The notes under the pieces were generated by a model. That model was given only the letters and a program-made list of their open reading frames with translations. It did not search any database and had not been told where the DNA came from. Of a stretch of 64,000 nt of DNA, positions 39,681 to 52,472 are shown in pieces. The DNA is from Octopus sinensis. Its lineage: Eukaryota. A program made the position numbers and the translations under genes. The DNA is taken from contig NC_043014.1 of assembly GCF_006345805.1 (NCBI RefSeq), positions 15,562,001-15,626,000 on the forward strand, read 5' to 3'. Within the stretch, counting starts at the first letter, position 1. Each line of letters begins with the position of its first letter.

Positions 39681-39893
39681 TAATAATAATAACAACAACA
39701 ACAACAACAACAACATCGAAAAATACCTTAGGAATGAGAACCCATTTTCAAAATTTCTCCAAGATACCTGATGAAGGCTGGAGGGTATATCAGCTGAAAT
39801 GTGTTAATGACAAACAAGATGAGGACAAATATCCGTCAAATGTAAATAATGTACATAATTCCTCATCTCTTAAATACAGAACTACTAATAGAT
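39229..39893. mobile_element. Largest copy of the palindromic tRNA-head + hammerhead element (both arms, centre rearranged)
   Basis: The minus arm (39229-39460) and plus arm (39556-39893) are reverse complements; each has a tRNA-like head, (AAT)n and a CTGATGA...GAAA motif (39283-39328 minus; 39763-39805 plus). Confidence 0.85.
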
Positions 39894-40954
39894 TTGTTGG
39901 AATGTCTTTTTGTATTGTTTTGCTCTAGTTTTGCTCAGGGGTTGAGACAATGGACTTCTAGAATCTATTGGGGGTTACCCTGAGTAAGTTTAAAATCTCA
40001 TCCTCATTGGGAATGTTTTTATAGCTGCAGGTATGACTGTGTAGTTAGGCAGTTTGCTTTCCAACCATGTGGTCTTGGGGTCGGTCCCAGTGTGCAGCAC
40101 CTTGGACAAGTTTCTTCTACTATAAATCCAGGCTGAACAAAGCCTTACGAGTGAATTTTATGGACACAAACTGAAAGATGGCCATCACTTATGCGTGTGT
40201 GTGTATGTGTATGCTTGTGTGTGTGTGTGTGTTTATTGAGTGTTGTACACACTGAAAAGAGATTGGGGTTAAGATGGGCATCCAGGTGTAGAAACCATGC
40301 CAAAACAGACACTGGAGCAGGATACAGTCCCTGGGACTCCATTGGATTCTGTCAAAGTGTGTTGCCCATTCCAGCATGACACATAGACATTAAATGCTGC
40401 TGCTGCTGCTGCTGCTGCTGCTACTGCTGATGCTGATAATGATGATGATGATAATGGTGATGAGACAGGGCAGAGGATGACAGGATTGGTTGAGTTTGCC
40501 TTCTTGTGACATCAGATCACATGATTTGTAGGGAATTTGACAACTGCATCGTGCTTGTCATGAGAAATTTTCATGGGAAAATACAAAAGGGCAGTTCCCT
40601 GTTGCCTTCCTTTGGGTATTTTTGTTACAAGACACCATCTTGTAGGCTTGACACAGACAAGTTTGCCACACCTGCCTGGGAGTTTGAAAAGTAACAAACT
40701 GGAATCAATGCTACAAGGCACTGTGTCTATAGTTCTAACAATTCTGCTCAACCATGTTGAGAGATTTGGCTGTTATTTCTAACAATTTGAGTCACAGAGG
40801 CTCCATCATTAGCTGAAGTCAGCACTGTGATACACAAAGATGTCAGAATTAAGATAATTATAGGCTGTTACAGTATAAAACATTCTATTTTGATATTACA
40901 ACATTAAATTTACTGACTTGGAACCAACTATTCGGCAAAGCCTGTATATGCATG

Positions 40955-41006
<52 letters not shown>

Positions 41007-41059
41007 AACACAAGCATACACACACACATACATGTACATATATATATATATATGTATAC

Positions 41060-41095
<36 letters not shown>

Positions 41096-42536
41096 GTATG
41101 TATATATAATATGTATGTGTGTATGTATGTATGTGAATGTTTGTAAAAATATGTAATATATGTTGTGTGTATATGCATATATATATGTATGTATATAAAT
41201 ACACACACACATACACACACACATACATGTACTTTATATATGATATATATGTATATGTATATATATGTGTGTGTGTGTGTGTGCATGTGAATGTTTGTAA
41301 AAATATGTAATATGTGTTGTGTGTATATGCATATATATATATATATATGCACACACACACACATACACACACACACATACACACACACACGCACATATAC
41401 ATACACACACACAAAACCCCTTCCAAACTATTTCTCCCATGCTCTGCTGATCTGCATAATATTTCAATATCTCATTCGGTTTCCTACAACATGGCGTTTC
41501 TTTTATACTAATCGCTGTTTCTATCCTGTGTTTTTTTTTTATATTCCATCCAAAACAAGTCTGTCTCTACTTCTGTCCCGCCCCCCCCCCATCCCAACAC
41601 ACACAAGCATCAGCAGCATACCTCCTGTTGAATAATCAATAACCAATAACCAATAGCCACATGCTGACTGTGTGACCTTGGCAACAGGAAATATTGGAAG
41701 CTGGATGAATGAGGAGCTGCTAATGTAACAGCCCCCAGGACAAGAGTTCAAATACTGTTGTAGGCAGCATGATGTGGAATTTGGCTGTGTGGTAAGAAGT
41801 TTGATTCCCAACAACATGGTTCTGGGATCAGTCCCACTGCATGGCACCTTGGGCAAGTGTCTTCTATCATAGCCTCAGGTTGACCAAAGCCTTGTGAGTG
41901 GATTTGGTTGATGGAAACTAAAAGAAGCCTGTCGTATATAAATATATAAATATATATATATATATAAATATATATAGACATATAAATATATATATAGGCA
42001 CAGATGTGGCTGTGAGGTAAGAAGCTTGTTTCCTGACCACATGGTTCCAGGTTCAGTCCTATTGTGTAGCACTTTTGGAAGGTGTCTTCTACTATAGCCT
42101 CAGCCTAACGAAAGCCTTGTGAGAGGATTCAGTAGATGAAAGAAGCCTGTTGTATATGTATCGCTGCTTGGTGACTGGTGTTGGTTTGTTTATATTCCCA
42201 TAACTTAGTGGTTTGGCAAAAAGAGGCCAATAGAATAAGTACCAAGCTTAAAAATATATATATAAATACTGGGGTCAATTCATTTGACTAAAAATTCAAC
42301 AGAGCAGTGCCCCAGCATGGCCACAGTCTAATGACTGAAACAGGTAAAAGATGAAAAATAAAGATCAATGGTTCTACCCTCCCAGATTGCACACACACAC
42401 ACACCCGTTTTCATTATGTTAAACTATAAATCCCTACACATTTTTTCTCTTTCCATTTTTGTTTCCTATCATCCCTTTCTGTTAAAGAGCATTGGCTCAA
42501 AACATCAAAGACTTTTCCATTCTCCCTGAGTGTTCC

Positions 42537-43070
42537 GAGCTGCGAAAACTAATAAGGAGAGTACAGGAGGCGGTTGAAAAAGCCAGCTTCTATATATGGC
42601 TGAAGCGGGAAGACCAAAAATGGCTTGAAAGTCAACATGCCAGCAGGAAATAACATCACTAGGTGAGACAAGCTGACACTGAATTAGCTTCGCTGACTGA
42701 CAGGTGACGGTCGTTTAGAGAATGCATGGGCTAAAACTACGCTAAAACTAAAACAGTGTCATGTGACGACTTGCTGGGGCTGCCTGCTGGAGCCTAGCAG
42801 CAGGTATTTAAAGGGAAAAAATTTGACAAGTCAGTCAGTCGCCCGCTGACACTCGTTGACGCTACATTGAAGAAGCCAGGGAACAGAAGAAAGAAGACAT
42901 GCATAACACCAGAGCTGAAGACACCTCCGAAAGTGGGGGGGCGCACCACATCAAAACGGTAGAGGAGTAGGGGCTGAAACCGGATGTGGTTCCTCCTGAT
43001 GATGTCTTGAGCTAACTTGATCCTATAAAGGAGCTGTTGTGGTAGCAGACCACGAAACATGGTTGAAATT
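42537..43070 (+). mobile_element. 3' end of a HERO-like (RLE) non-LTR retrotransposon: ORF terminus 42537-42653 plus putative 3' UTR
   Basis: ELRKLIRRVQEAVEKASFYIWLKREDQKWLESQHASRK* fits the A.E.AS..WLKR.D..W terminus; it interrupts another repeat whose two halves flank it. Confidence 0.6.
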
Positions 43071-43141
43071 CCTTGTTGTTTCCTCACCTGTCTTTGTCTT
43101 TTGTTTTCTGTAAATTTGAACTCTTTCTTTCTCTCTCTCTC

Positions 43142-43172
<31 letters not shown>

Positions 43173-44299
43173 TAATTTATATAAATAAGGATAAGATCGT
43201 TAATTTAAATATCTATTTCTTTACTACTCACAAGAGGCGAAACATAGAGAGGACAAACAAGGACAGACAAACGGATTAAGTCGATTATATAGATCCAATG
43301 CATAACTGGTACTTTATTTATCGACCCCGAAAGGATGAAAGGCAAAGTCGACCTCGGCGGAATTTGAACTCAGAACGAAGCAGCAGACGAAATACTGCTA
43401 AGCATTTTGCCCGGCGTCGACCTCATCAAGTGGCCAGCATGGGAATAAAAATCTTTAAAAGTAATAATTATTATTAAAATTATAATTTAGGGTATCTAAG
43501 ATATACCAGCACACTGGAAATAGCATCCAAAACTTGACTCTAAAACCACATTAAATGTTCATACAGCACCTTAGCTGCTATTTCCAGCGTGGTGGTATCT
43601 CAATTTTAATTTATATATATATGTTTCAGTTATATATGTTTGTGTCCCTGTATTTGTCACCCCACCATCGCTTGACAACCGATGTTGGTGTGGTTATATC
43701 CCTTGACTTAGCAGTTTGGCAAGGCAACGACAGAATAAGTACTAGGCTTACAAAGAATAAATTTTGGTGTTGATTTCTTTGACTAAAGGCGGTGCTCCAG
43801 CATGGCCACAGTCAAATAACTGAAGCAAATAAAAGAATAAACTGAGTTAGGCCTAAAAGATGGTTTTAAACTTGAAACACCTTGGTGAGGAAAGAATTAT
43901 ATGGATGCAAAACCTATTTTGTCATTTCATTAATAAAAGGAAAGATGCCAAAAATTACAGATTCTGAGAGTGGGGTCAGGATGGAAGAGTGGGTCCTGGT
44001 ATTAATCAGATTGAAAACCATTAATTTAAGGGGCAATATATTAATATAACATTGGGTTCATACACTTCACAGCTTAGTGCTCCCACTCTGTAGGTTAATG
44101 TAAAATAAATATTAATATTTAAGGGACAGTATATTAATATAATGTAATATTAATATAACATGACAAGCTTGCACCTTCCACACAGGGTCAGCAAACCAAT
44201 TTTGAAAAACTAAAACCAAAAAAAAAACAAGAAAAAAAGCCACCACTAGCTCTGTCACCACCATCACCACCTTGTCTATATTTATTCAAGCAAGAGTGG

Positions 44300-44720
44300 A
44301 GGGGAATGAATGTTTAAAAAAAGAAGAAAAAAAACGAAAGGAAAAGGAAAGGAAGAAAGAAAGAATAAAGGAAAGCAAGACATAAAGCAAAAAAAAAAAG
44401 TAAGCAAAAGGAAGGAAGGAAGGAAGGTTAGAAGAAAGCAAGACATGAAGCGATATAAGAGAAAGAAAGAAGGCAGGAAAGAAAGAGAGAAAGAAAGAAG
44501 AAAGAAAGAAAGAAAGAAAGAGAGAAAGAAAGAAAGAAAGGAAATAAAGGAAGACAAAAGAAGGAAAGAAAGAAAGAAGGAAGGAAAGAAAGAGAGAGAG
44601 AAAGAAAGAAAGAAAGAAAGAAAGGAAATAAAGGAAGACAAAAGAAAGAAGGAAAGAAAGAAAGAAAGGAAGGAAGGAAAGGAAGACAAAAGAAAGAAAG
44701 AAAGAAAGAAGAAGGAAGGT
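44300..44720. repeat. (AAAG/GAAG)n purine tract
   Basis: Direct inspection. Confidence 0.9.
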
Positions 44721-45020
44721 CATTAAAATGCCTTTTCAGCTTGTCTGGTTTGACCTGGATGGTCATAACATTCATATGGAATTATCAACAAATTCCTACA
44801 ATATTTTATGGTGCTTATCCTTTATTGTTTCTGATAAAATGATTTCAGAGATATTTTTAGTTTAGTTTAGCAAAAAAAAAAAAAAAAAAAAAAAAAAACG
44901 ACCAAAAAGTGCGTTTGTGAATGTGTCTGTATATGTATGTATATATGAATGTGTGTATGCAGAAGCAAATCCAACAAAGCATGTATAAAATCATCAGTTC
45001 AATTGTCACTGTCACACATG

Positions 45021-45430
45021 TGGAGGCACATGGCCTGGTTGTTAGAGCAGTGGACTTGCGATCGAGAGATCGTGGGGTCAAATCTCAGACCGGGTGATGT
45101 GTGTGTTTATGAGGAAAACACCTAAGCTATGGAGGCACATGGCCTAGTGGTTAGAGCAGCGGACTTGTGGTCGAGGGATTGCAGGTTTGAATCTCAGACC
45201 GGGCGATGTATGTGTTTATGAGTGAAACACCTAAGCTCCACACGGCTCCAGCAGAAGGTAATGGCAAACTTCTGCTAAATCTTTCGCCACAACTTTCTCT
45301 CACTCTTTCCTCCTGTATTTTGCAGCTCATCTGCAACGGACCGGCGTCCCGTCAAGGTGGGGAACCTATATGCCAAGGAAATCGGGAAACCGGCCCTAAT
45401 GAGCCAGGCATGGCTCAAGAAGGAACAAAC
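45021..45430 (+). mobile_element. Family D SINE with a tandemly duplicated ~110-bp tRNA-like head
   Basis: TGGAGGCACATGGCCT...ACACCTAAGCT occurs twice in tandem (~45021 and ~45130). Confidence 0.85.
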
Positions 45431-46719
45431 AAACTGTCACACATATACTAGTGTCAGTGAGGGGCAGCTGTGTATGTCATGTCCATATTTTCTACTGAGC
45501 TGAAAGAAGAGGTGACTTATATCATGAAACCTTGGATGGCAGTCATTGAGCCAGTAAAAAAAATGAAACTTGTTATATTCTTTTCTATTTCTAGGCACAC
45601 GGCCCGAAATTTTTGGGGAGAGGGCCAGTCAATAAGATCGACACCAGTACGCAACTGGTACTTAATTCATTGACCCCGAAAGGATGAAAGGCAAAGTCGA
45701 CCTCGGCGGAATTTGAACTCAGAACATGGCGGCAGACGAAATATGGCTATGCATTTCGCCTGGCGTGCTAACGTTTCTGCCAGCTCACTGCCTTCAATAT
45801 GGAAACTTGTTATATGGTCTGACAGAAGAAGACATATTGGATATGTAATATGTAGCCCTAGAAATTAAGTCTGAAAATGAAACAGGATGGTCATGGCTGG
45901 AGTGATTTCTATTATAGGTCTGCTCAGTTAGAATCTTAACCTTTCAGCATTCAGCTGTCTCTGTCAAATGCTTGTTTATTCATATTGTTTGGAATTAATC
46001 ATGTGTTATCTTGCAGCTTTGAGATTTGGTCGGATTTGGTCAATTTGAGCATAAAACAAGTAGAATACTTGAACCAGATGTGGCTGGTTTGAATGTTAAG
46101 GAGTTAAGTAACAACACTGACAATAACTTCGTGTATTGATGTCATTATTGGCGATTGTCACAACTGACTGCTACATGTAGCCTCATTTATCACTGATTCA
46201 TTTATCACTGATCCAGTATGCTTAATTATGAACCATGCTAAGCTTATCATGGATTGATCTGTGATAATATGGGTTGGCAATCAGTTGAAGGTCCTGCTTG
46301 TATAGCAAAAACACACCCTATTGACTACCCACAATGCTCAGCTACCCACAATGCTCAGCTACCCAGAATGCATTGATTATTGCTTGTGTTTACATGATTG
46401 TGCTACAAAGCAGTGTATTTTATTTTATACAGATTTATGCACTTGTACTCATTAACATGGAACCAGAGAACAGATAAAAATATGAAGGAACCTGATCCAA
46501 ACAAATGATGTAGGCATGTGTATCCTCTACAGGAAAAGAGTAGAGAGTGGCTGTGTAGTAAGTAGCTTGCTTACCAACCACATGGTTCCGGGTTCAGTTC
46601 CACTGCGTGGCACCTTGGGCAAGTGTCTTCTACTATAGCCTCGAGCCGACCAAAGCCTTGTCAGTGGATTTGGTAGACAGAAACTGAAAGAAGCCCATTA
46701 TATAGATGTGTATATATGC

Positions 46720-46750
<31 letters not shown>

Positions 46751-46755
46751 TATAC

Positions 46756-46815
<60 letters not shown>

Positions 46816-47015
46816 TTCTGTGTTTGTCCCCCAGCATCGCTAGACAACCGATGGTGGTGTGTTTATGTCTCCATAACTTAGCGGTTCGGCAAAAGAGACC
46901 GATAGAATAAGTACTAGGCTTCCAAAGAATAAGTCCTAGGGTCAATTTGCTCGACTAAAAGGCAGTGCTCCAGCATGGCCGCAGTCAAATGACTGAAACA
47001 AGTAAGAGAGTAAAA

Positions 47016-47112
47016 GAGATGATCAAGAAAATATCTAATGGTGAAAGCTTCACAGTTGTGGGACAGTGAATTTGGTGTCAATGAATCTTCTATTCATTCC
47101 ATTTGAAGTAAG
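47016..47112 (+). mobile_element. pogo/Tigger-like transposase N-terminal HTH relic
   Basis: EMIKKISNGESFTVVGQ/EFGVNESSIHSI resembles L..GES...VGR.FGVNES.IR.I. Confidence 0.5.
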
Positions 47113-47249
47113 GCATGGAGACGATTCATTTATTACTGATTCATCTATCACTGTTTTTCATTTTTTTAGTTCTAAAGCCTTTGATAAATGAGTATAGATG
47201 CACTACAGCGACTGTTACTACTGCTTCCAATGCCATTTGACATGAAGAA

Positions 47250-47400
47250 GCCTGTCTATATATTCTTGCCAGCTTTTGCCTATTTTGTGCTTTGCTTTCA
47301 GCCTCTACCCAGTCCCAATCTTCTCTTTTTCTCCAGAATATTCTCAGCCATGGAGGCCCAAACAGTCTCCATCTTCTCCTATCTTACACTGTCCATTTCA
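47250..47400 (-). mobile_element. Highly decayed RTE C-terminal relic
   Basis: Minus strand ...WDWVEAESKAQNRQK resembles the RTE terminal W.EA...AQ.R..W motif. Confidence 0.4.
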
Positions 47401-48975
47401 CTGACTGATGCACTCCCAACACACCAAAGACCATCCCTGCTTCTATGATACAATCTTCCTGTTTTAAACTGATTTAAATTAAACCCTTCTTTCAAAAAAT
47501 CTTGTTAATTTATGTTCCGGACATCAGATAAATAATGGAAAAGTTATTTTATTAAATTTTTCATTATTTTCCAAATTAACTAAAATAAAGGCAGATAATT
47601 CCAACAGAAATATGCTAACAGAAGCGAGCTGGCAGAAATGTTAGCACGCCGGGCAAAATACTTAGCGGTATTTCGCCTGCCATTAGGTTCTGAGTTCAAA
47701 TTCCGCCGAGGTCGACTTTGCCTTTCATCCTTTCGGGGTCGATTAAATAAGTACCAGTTATGCACTGGGGCCGATGTAATCAACTTAATCCCTTTGTCTG
47801 TCCTTGTTTGTCCTCTCTATGTTTAGCCCCTTGTGGGCAATAAAGAAATACATATATATATATATATATATATATTCATTCAACTAAAAGTTCTTTGAAG
47901 CAGTGCCCCAGCATGGCCATAGTCTAATGACTGAAACAAGTAAGAGATGTGTGTGTCTGTGTCGTGTATTATACTTTGACATGAAGAATGGTGACAGTAA
48001 CTTTGAAGTTTTGGACTACTAGCCTTCGTCAAGCCGGTAGCCTTCATTGGCACAATGAAGTGACACAATCCAATGGAGGCAAGGAAACTGAAACTTTGAG
48101 TTACTGTCATCTCTCTTCTTGTAAAAATATATATAAATATGTACTCCACAAAAAAATGCTGAGAAATCCTTCAGTTTATATAAAATTGCTCTTATTCAAA
48201 GTTGGCATGAAAACAAACACTTATAATATTATATATATATATATATATAATATATATATATATAATATATATATATATATATACATACATATATATATAT
48301 ATGAATGTATATATAACCACAGACATTCACATGTCTGTTTGTATGTTTATTTTAAAGAGGAACAATAACTTAAAAAAAAAACGAAACAAACACAACAAAA
48401 AAAACACAAATACAAAAAGAAAACAACAACCTAACATTGAATAATTCTCCATTTTATTACGCTAACCTCTGTGAACTGTGATGAAACAAGGAATTTTTTC
48501 ACAGCTGTAGCTTATCTAAATTCTTCAGCTGCACGACAGAGCATCTCAGAGTTGGTGTTGTTTTGGTTGCAAACAAACTGCGCTGCATGTCAGCTGATGT
48601 GGCTTTTCGGAATTCCTCACACACAAGCATTCGTTAGTAGGATATAATTAAAGCATTTATCAAGTGAGCCTACCCCTACCCACCCTCCACATGTCATAGC
48701 TACTCTCCCCATCAAAAAAAAAAATGACTAGGGCAGGGAGAGGATGGAGTGGGGCTTCCTTTTTTTTTACTTTACTCTTTTACTTGTTTCAGTCATTTGA
48801 CTGCGGCCATGCTGGAGTACCGCCTTTAGTCGAGCAAATTGACCCCAGGACTTATTCTTTGTAAGCCCAGTACTTATTCTATCGGTCTCTTTTGCCTAAC
48901 TGCTAAGTGACGGGGACGTAAACACACCAGCATCGGTTGTCAAGCAATGCTAGGGGGACAAACACAGACACACAA

Positions 48976-49018
<43 letters not shown>

Positions 49019-49515
49019 TACGACAAGCTTCTTTCAGTTTCTGTCTACCAAATCCACTCACAAGGCATTGGTCGGCCCGGTGCTATAGCAGAAGACACTT
49101 GCCCAAGATGCCACGCAGTGGGACTGAACCTGGAACCATGTGGTTGGTTAGCAAGCTACTTACCACACAGCCACTCCTGCACCTTACTGTTCTTGATTGT
49201 CAAACTTGACAAATAAATAATAGTCAAATCTCCCTCAAATCACAGCTAACCATCTTGGGAAAGGAAACCACAGTTTCTCTGAAAATTGGGACCAATATAT
49301 TCTATTATTCTTTTACTAGTTTCAGTCATTTGACTGCGGTCATGCTGGAGCACTGCCTTAAAGGGTTTTAGTTGAAGAAATTGACCCCAGGACTTATTCT
49401 TTGGAAGCCTAGTATTTCTTCTATTGGACTCTTGCCGAACTGTTAAGTTATCGAGCTGTAAACACACCAACATCGGCTGTCAAGTGATGGTGGGGGGATA
49501 AACACAGACACAAAG

Positions 49516-49566
<51 letters not shown>

Positions 49567-50415
49567 ACACACACACACACATACCAAATCCACCCAGAAT
49601 GCTTTGGCCAGCCTGAGGCTATAGTAGAAGACACTTACAGAAGGACTGTGTGGTAAGAAGCCTGCTTTCCAACCACATGGTTCCAGGTTCAGTCCTTCTG
49701 TAAGTGTCTTCTGCTATAGCCTCAGGCTGGCCAAAGCATTCTGGGTGGATTTGGTATATATGTATGTGTGTGTAGAGAGCTTCTACAGGTGTTATTTGGC
49801 ATTTCACCCGGCATGCTAACGTTTCTGCCAGCTTGCTGCCTTGGAAGTGTATACCCTTCATACCCAACTATAGTAAACCTGACTTGATAAATTCCGTCTG
49901 ATCCATGCAGGCATGAAAAAGTGGACGTCAAAAAGTATGATGATAGGATTTTAAGCATACTAGCTCCATATTAGTATGTCACCAGCTGCATTCGTGTTTG
50001 TAGTCATGTGAAAGTTCTGTTTCCTTGGCAACCAGTAAGCAGTAACAACAGTGATACTAAATTGTAAGTGAGAAGAAGCAGAGAACATTTGTGAAATTGT
50101 GTTGAAACTCTAAGCTGTGACATATCAAGACCTTGCACCTGTTTAATGAAATAGGAGGAGAAAACACTATAAAACTGAGAACTGAATGGAAAAATTCACT
50201 CCAAAATTTATTTTGCTACTTAATACTTATCATCTATAAAGACTTATTTCACAGGTTTTTTGTTTTTTGAAATTTCAATGTCCACTCAATTATTCATTGT
50301 GTCTGAAGCTAAGATGTATTAAAACCAATGTTTAATGAGGCTATTCCCAATTAGCAGCAGTACTTGATCTCGCCCAGGTACTTCTTCGTCTTCTTCTTCT
50401 TCTTCTTCCTCTTTC

Positions 50416-50456
<41 letters not shown>

Positions 50457-50488
50457 TATCATCATCATCACCATCATTGTCGTCGTCG

Positions 50489-50524
<36 letters not shown>

Positions 50525-50570
50525 CTGTCATTGTCGTCATCGTCATCAATATCATCATCCATTTAACATA

Positions 50571-50748
50571 CAGTTCTATATTTAAGAGATGAGGAATTAT
50601 GTACATTATTTACATTCAACAGATATTTGTCCTCTTGTTTGTTGTTAACACAACATTTCGACTGATTATACTCTCCAGTCTTCATCATCTGTCTTGGGGA
50701 AATTTCGAACCTGGGTTCACATTCCTAAGATATTTTTCGATATTGTTG

Positions 50749-50780
<32 letters not shown>

Positions 50781-50935
50781 GTTGTTGTTGTTTTTGTTGT
50801 TATTATTCAGGTCACTGCTTGGAATCGAACTCGGAATCTTGGGGTTATTTAACCACTATGTCATATGCCTGTGGGCATATGGCTTAGTGGTTAAATATCC
50901 GACAAATATCCGTCGAATGTAAACAATGTAAATAA
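50571..50935. mobile_element. Palindromic hammerhead-bearing element: complete left arm, central hairpin, deleted right arm
   Basis: TA|CAGTTCTATATTTAAGAG terminus; hammerhead motif 50647-50693 (minus); B-box GTTCGATTCC (minus, 50821-50830); central inverted repeat 50847-50896; A-box TGGCTTAGTGG. Confidence 0.85.
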
Positions 50936-52418
50936 TATTCATTTCAAGCTTGCATGGATCAGACAGAATTAACTGAAGTGGATTTTCTACAGTTGGATGC
51001 TCTTCCTGTCACCAACTTTCCTCTGTTTCCAAGTAAGATAATATTTTCCCTCATGGCTGGACAAGTTTTCACAGAAGACTGGAACTCAACAACCTCACTC
51101 ATATTATGATGATGATGATGATGATGCTATTTTACAACTATTACATGATATCTAGACAAGGGTACACACACATATGCACACACACAAAAGGAAGCACAGA
51201 GGTGCAAAACAAGGTGGAAAAAATAGCACTTGAATACTAAAAGTAAAATAAAATGCTATTTTATTTTAAAAGGCAGTGAACTGGTAGCAATGTTAGCATG
51301 CTGGGCAAAATGCTTAACGGTATTTCGTCTGTCTTTACGTTCTGAGTTCAAATTCCGCCGAGGTCAACTTTGCCTTTCATCCTTTCGGGGTCGATAAATT
51401 ATGTACCAGTTGCATACTGGGGTCAATCTAATCGACTTGCTCACCCACCAAAAATTTTGGGCCTTGTGCTTTGAGAAGAAAGGATTAAAGCTGAAAAAAA
51501 TAACCTCCACAAGCTGTTACTCAGAGTTTCACTTAACTATTCACCAGACAGTTGAAATATGCAGATTAGTCTGTATTTTTCATAAAATAGCATGTACGTA
51601 CATAAACAATGGGCTTTTTTCAGTTCCTGTTGACCATATCTAGTCACAAGGCATTGGTCAGCCCAGAGCTACCGTAGAAGACACTTGACCAAGGTACCTT
51701 GCTCTGGGACTGAACCTGAAATTATGTAGCTGCAAAGCAAACTTCATAACCACATTGTTCTGGGTTCAGTCCCACCACATGGCACCTTGGGCAAGTGTTT
51801 TCTACTATAACCTCAGGCCAACCTAAGATTGTGGGTAGATTTGGTAAATGGAAACCGAAAGAAACCTGTTGTGTGTGGTATATATATATATATTAACTTA
51901 CTTAGTGGCCCTGCCAGTGCTGATGCCATGTAAAAGGCACCCAAGCTATCCTGTGAAGTGGTTGGTGTTTGGAAGGGCATCCAGTTGTAAAAACCCTGCC
52001 AAAACAGATACGGAAGTCTGGTGCAGTCTTCTGCCTGGCCAGCTCCTGTCAAACTGTGTAACCTATGCCAGCATGGAAGGCAGACGTTAAACAATGATGA
52101 TGATGGTAATAGAGATAGTGGTGGTGGTGATGATGATGATGATGATAATGGTGGTGGTGGTGGTGTGGTGGTGGTGGTGGTGGTGATGGTGACGCTGCTG
52201 CTACTGCTGTCACCACTGCCAGTAGCCTTTACAAAAGACATGACTTATTGTCATTTCTTCGACACTTTCTTGCAACATATCTCTGAACCTTTTTGTGACT
52301 TTTAAGTAAGAAATCTTAGATATTTCAATACTGTTAAATGTTAGATATTCCACATTCCAAAAACAACACTAAATAGATCATCAACTAACTCATGAGTTTG
52401 TTAGCACCAAACTGACCG

Positions 52419-52472
<54 letters not shown>

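Noticed and set aside
40512-40751. Reverse-transcriptase motif in the ORF containing KGRQQGT
   Set aside because: Only superficial similarity to GVRQG; the flanking RT motifs are absent.
42975-43075. Hammerhead in the HERO-like 3' UTR (CTGATGA at ~42995, GAAAC at ~43055)
   Set aside because: Core words are present, but helix I does not pair and helix II is poorly defined.
44175-44209. Minus-strand exon FQNWFADPVWK
   Set aside because: Weak donor (GTGCAA) and no phase-consistent chain to a known protein; compatible with chance.
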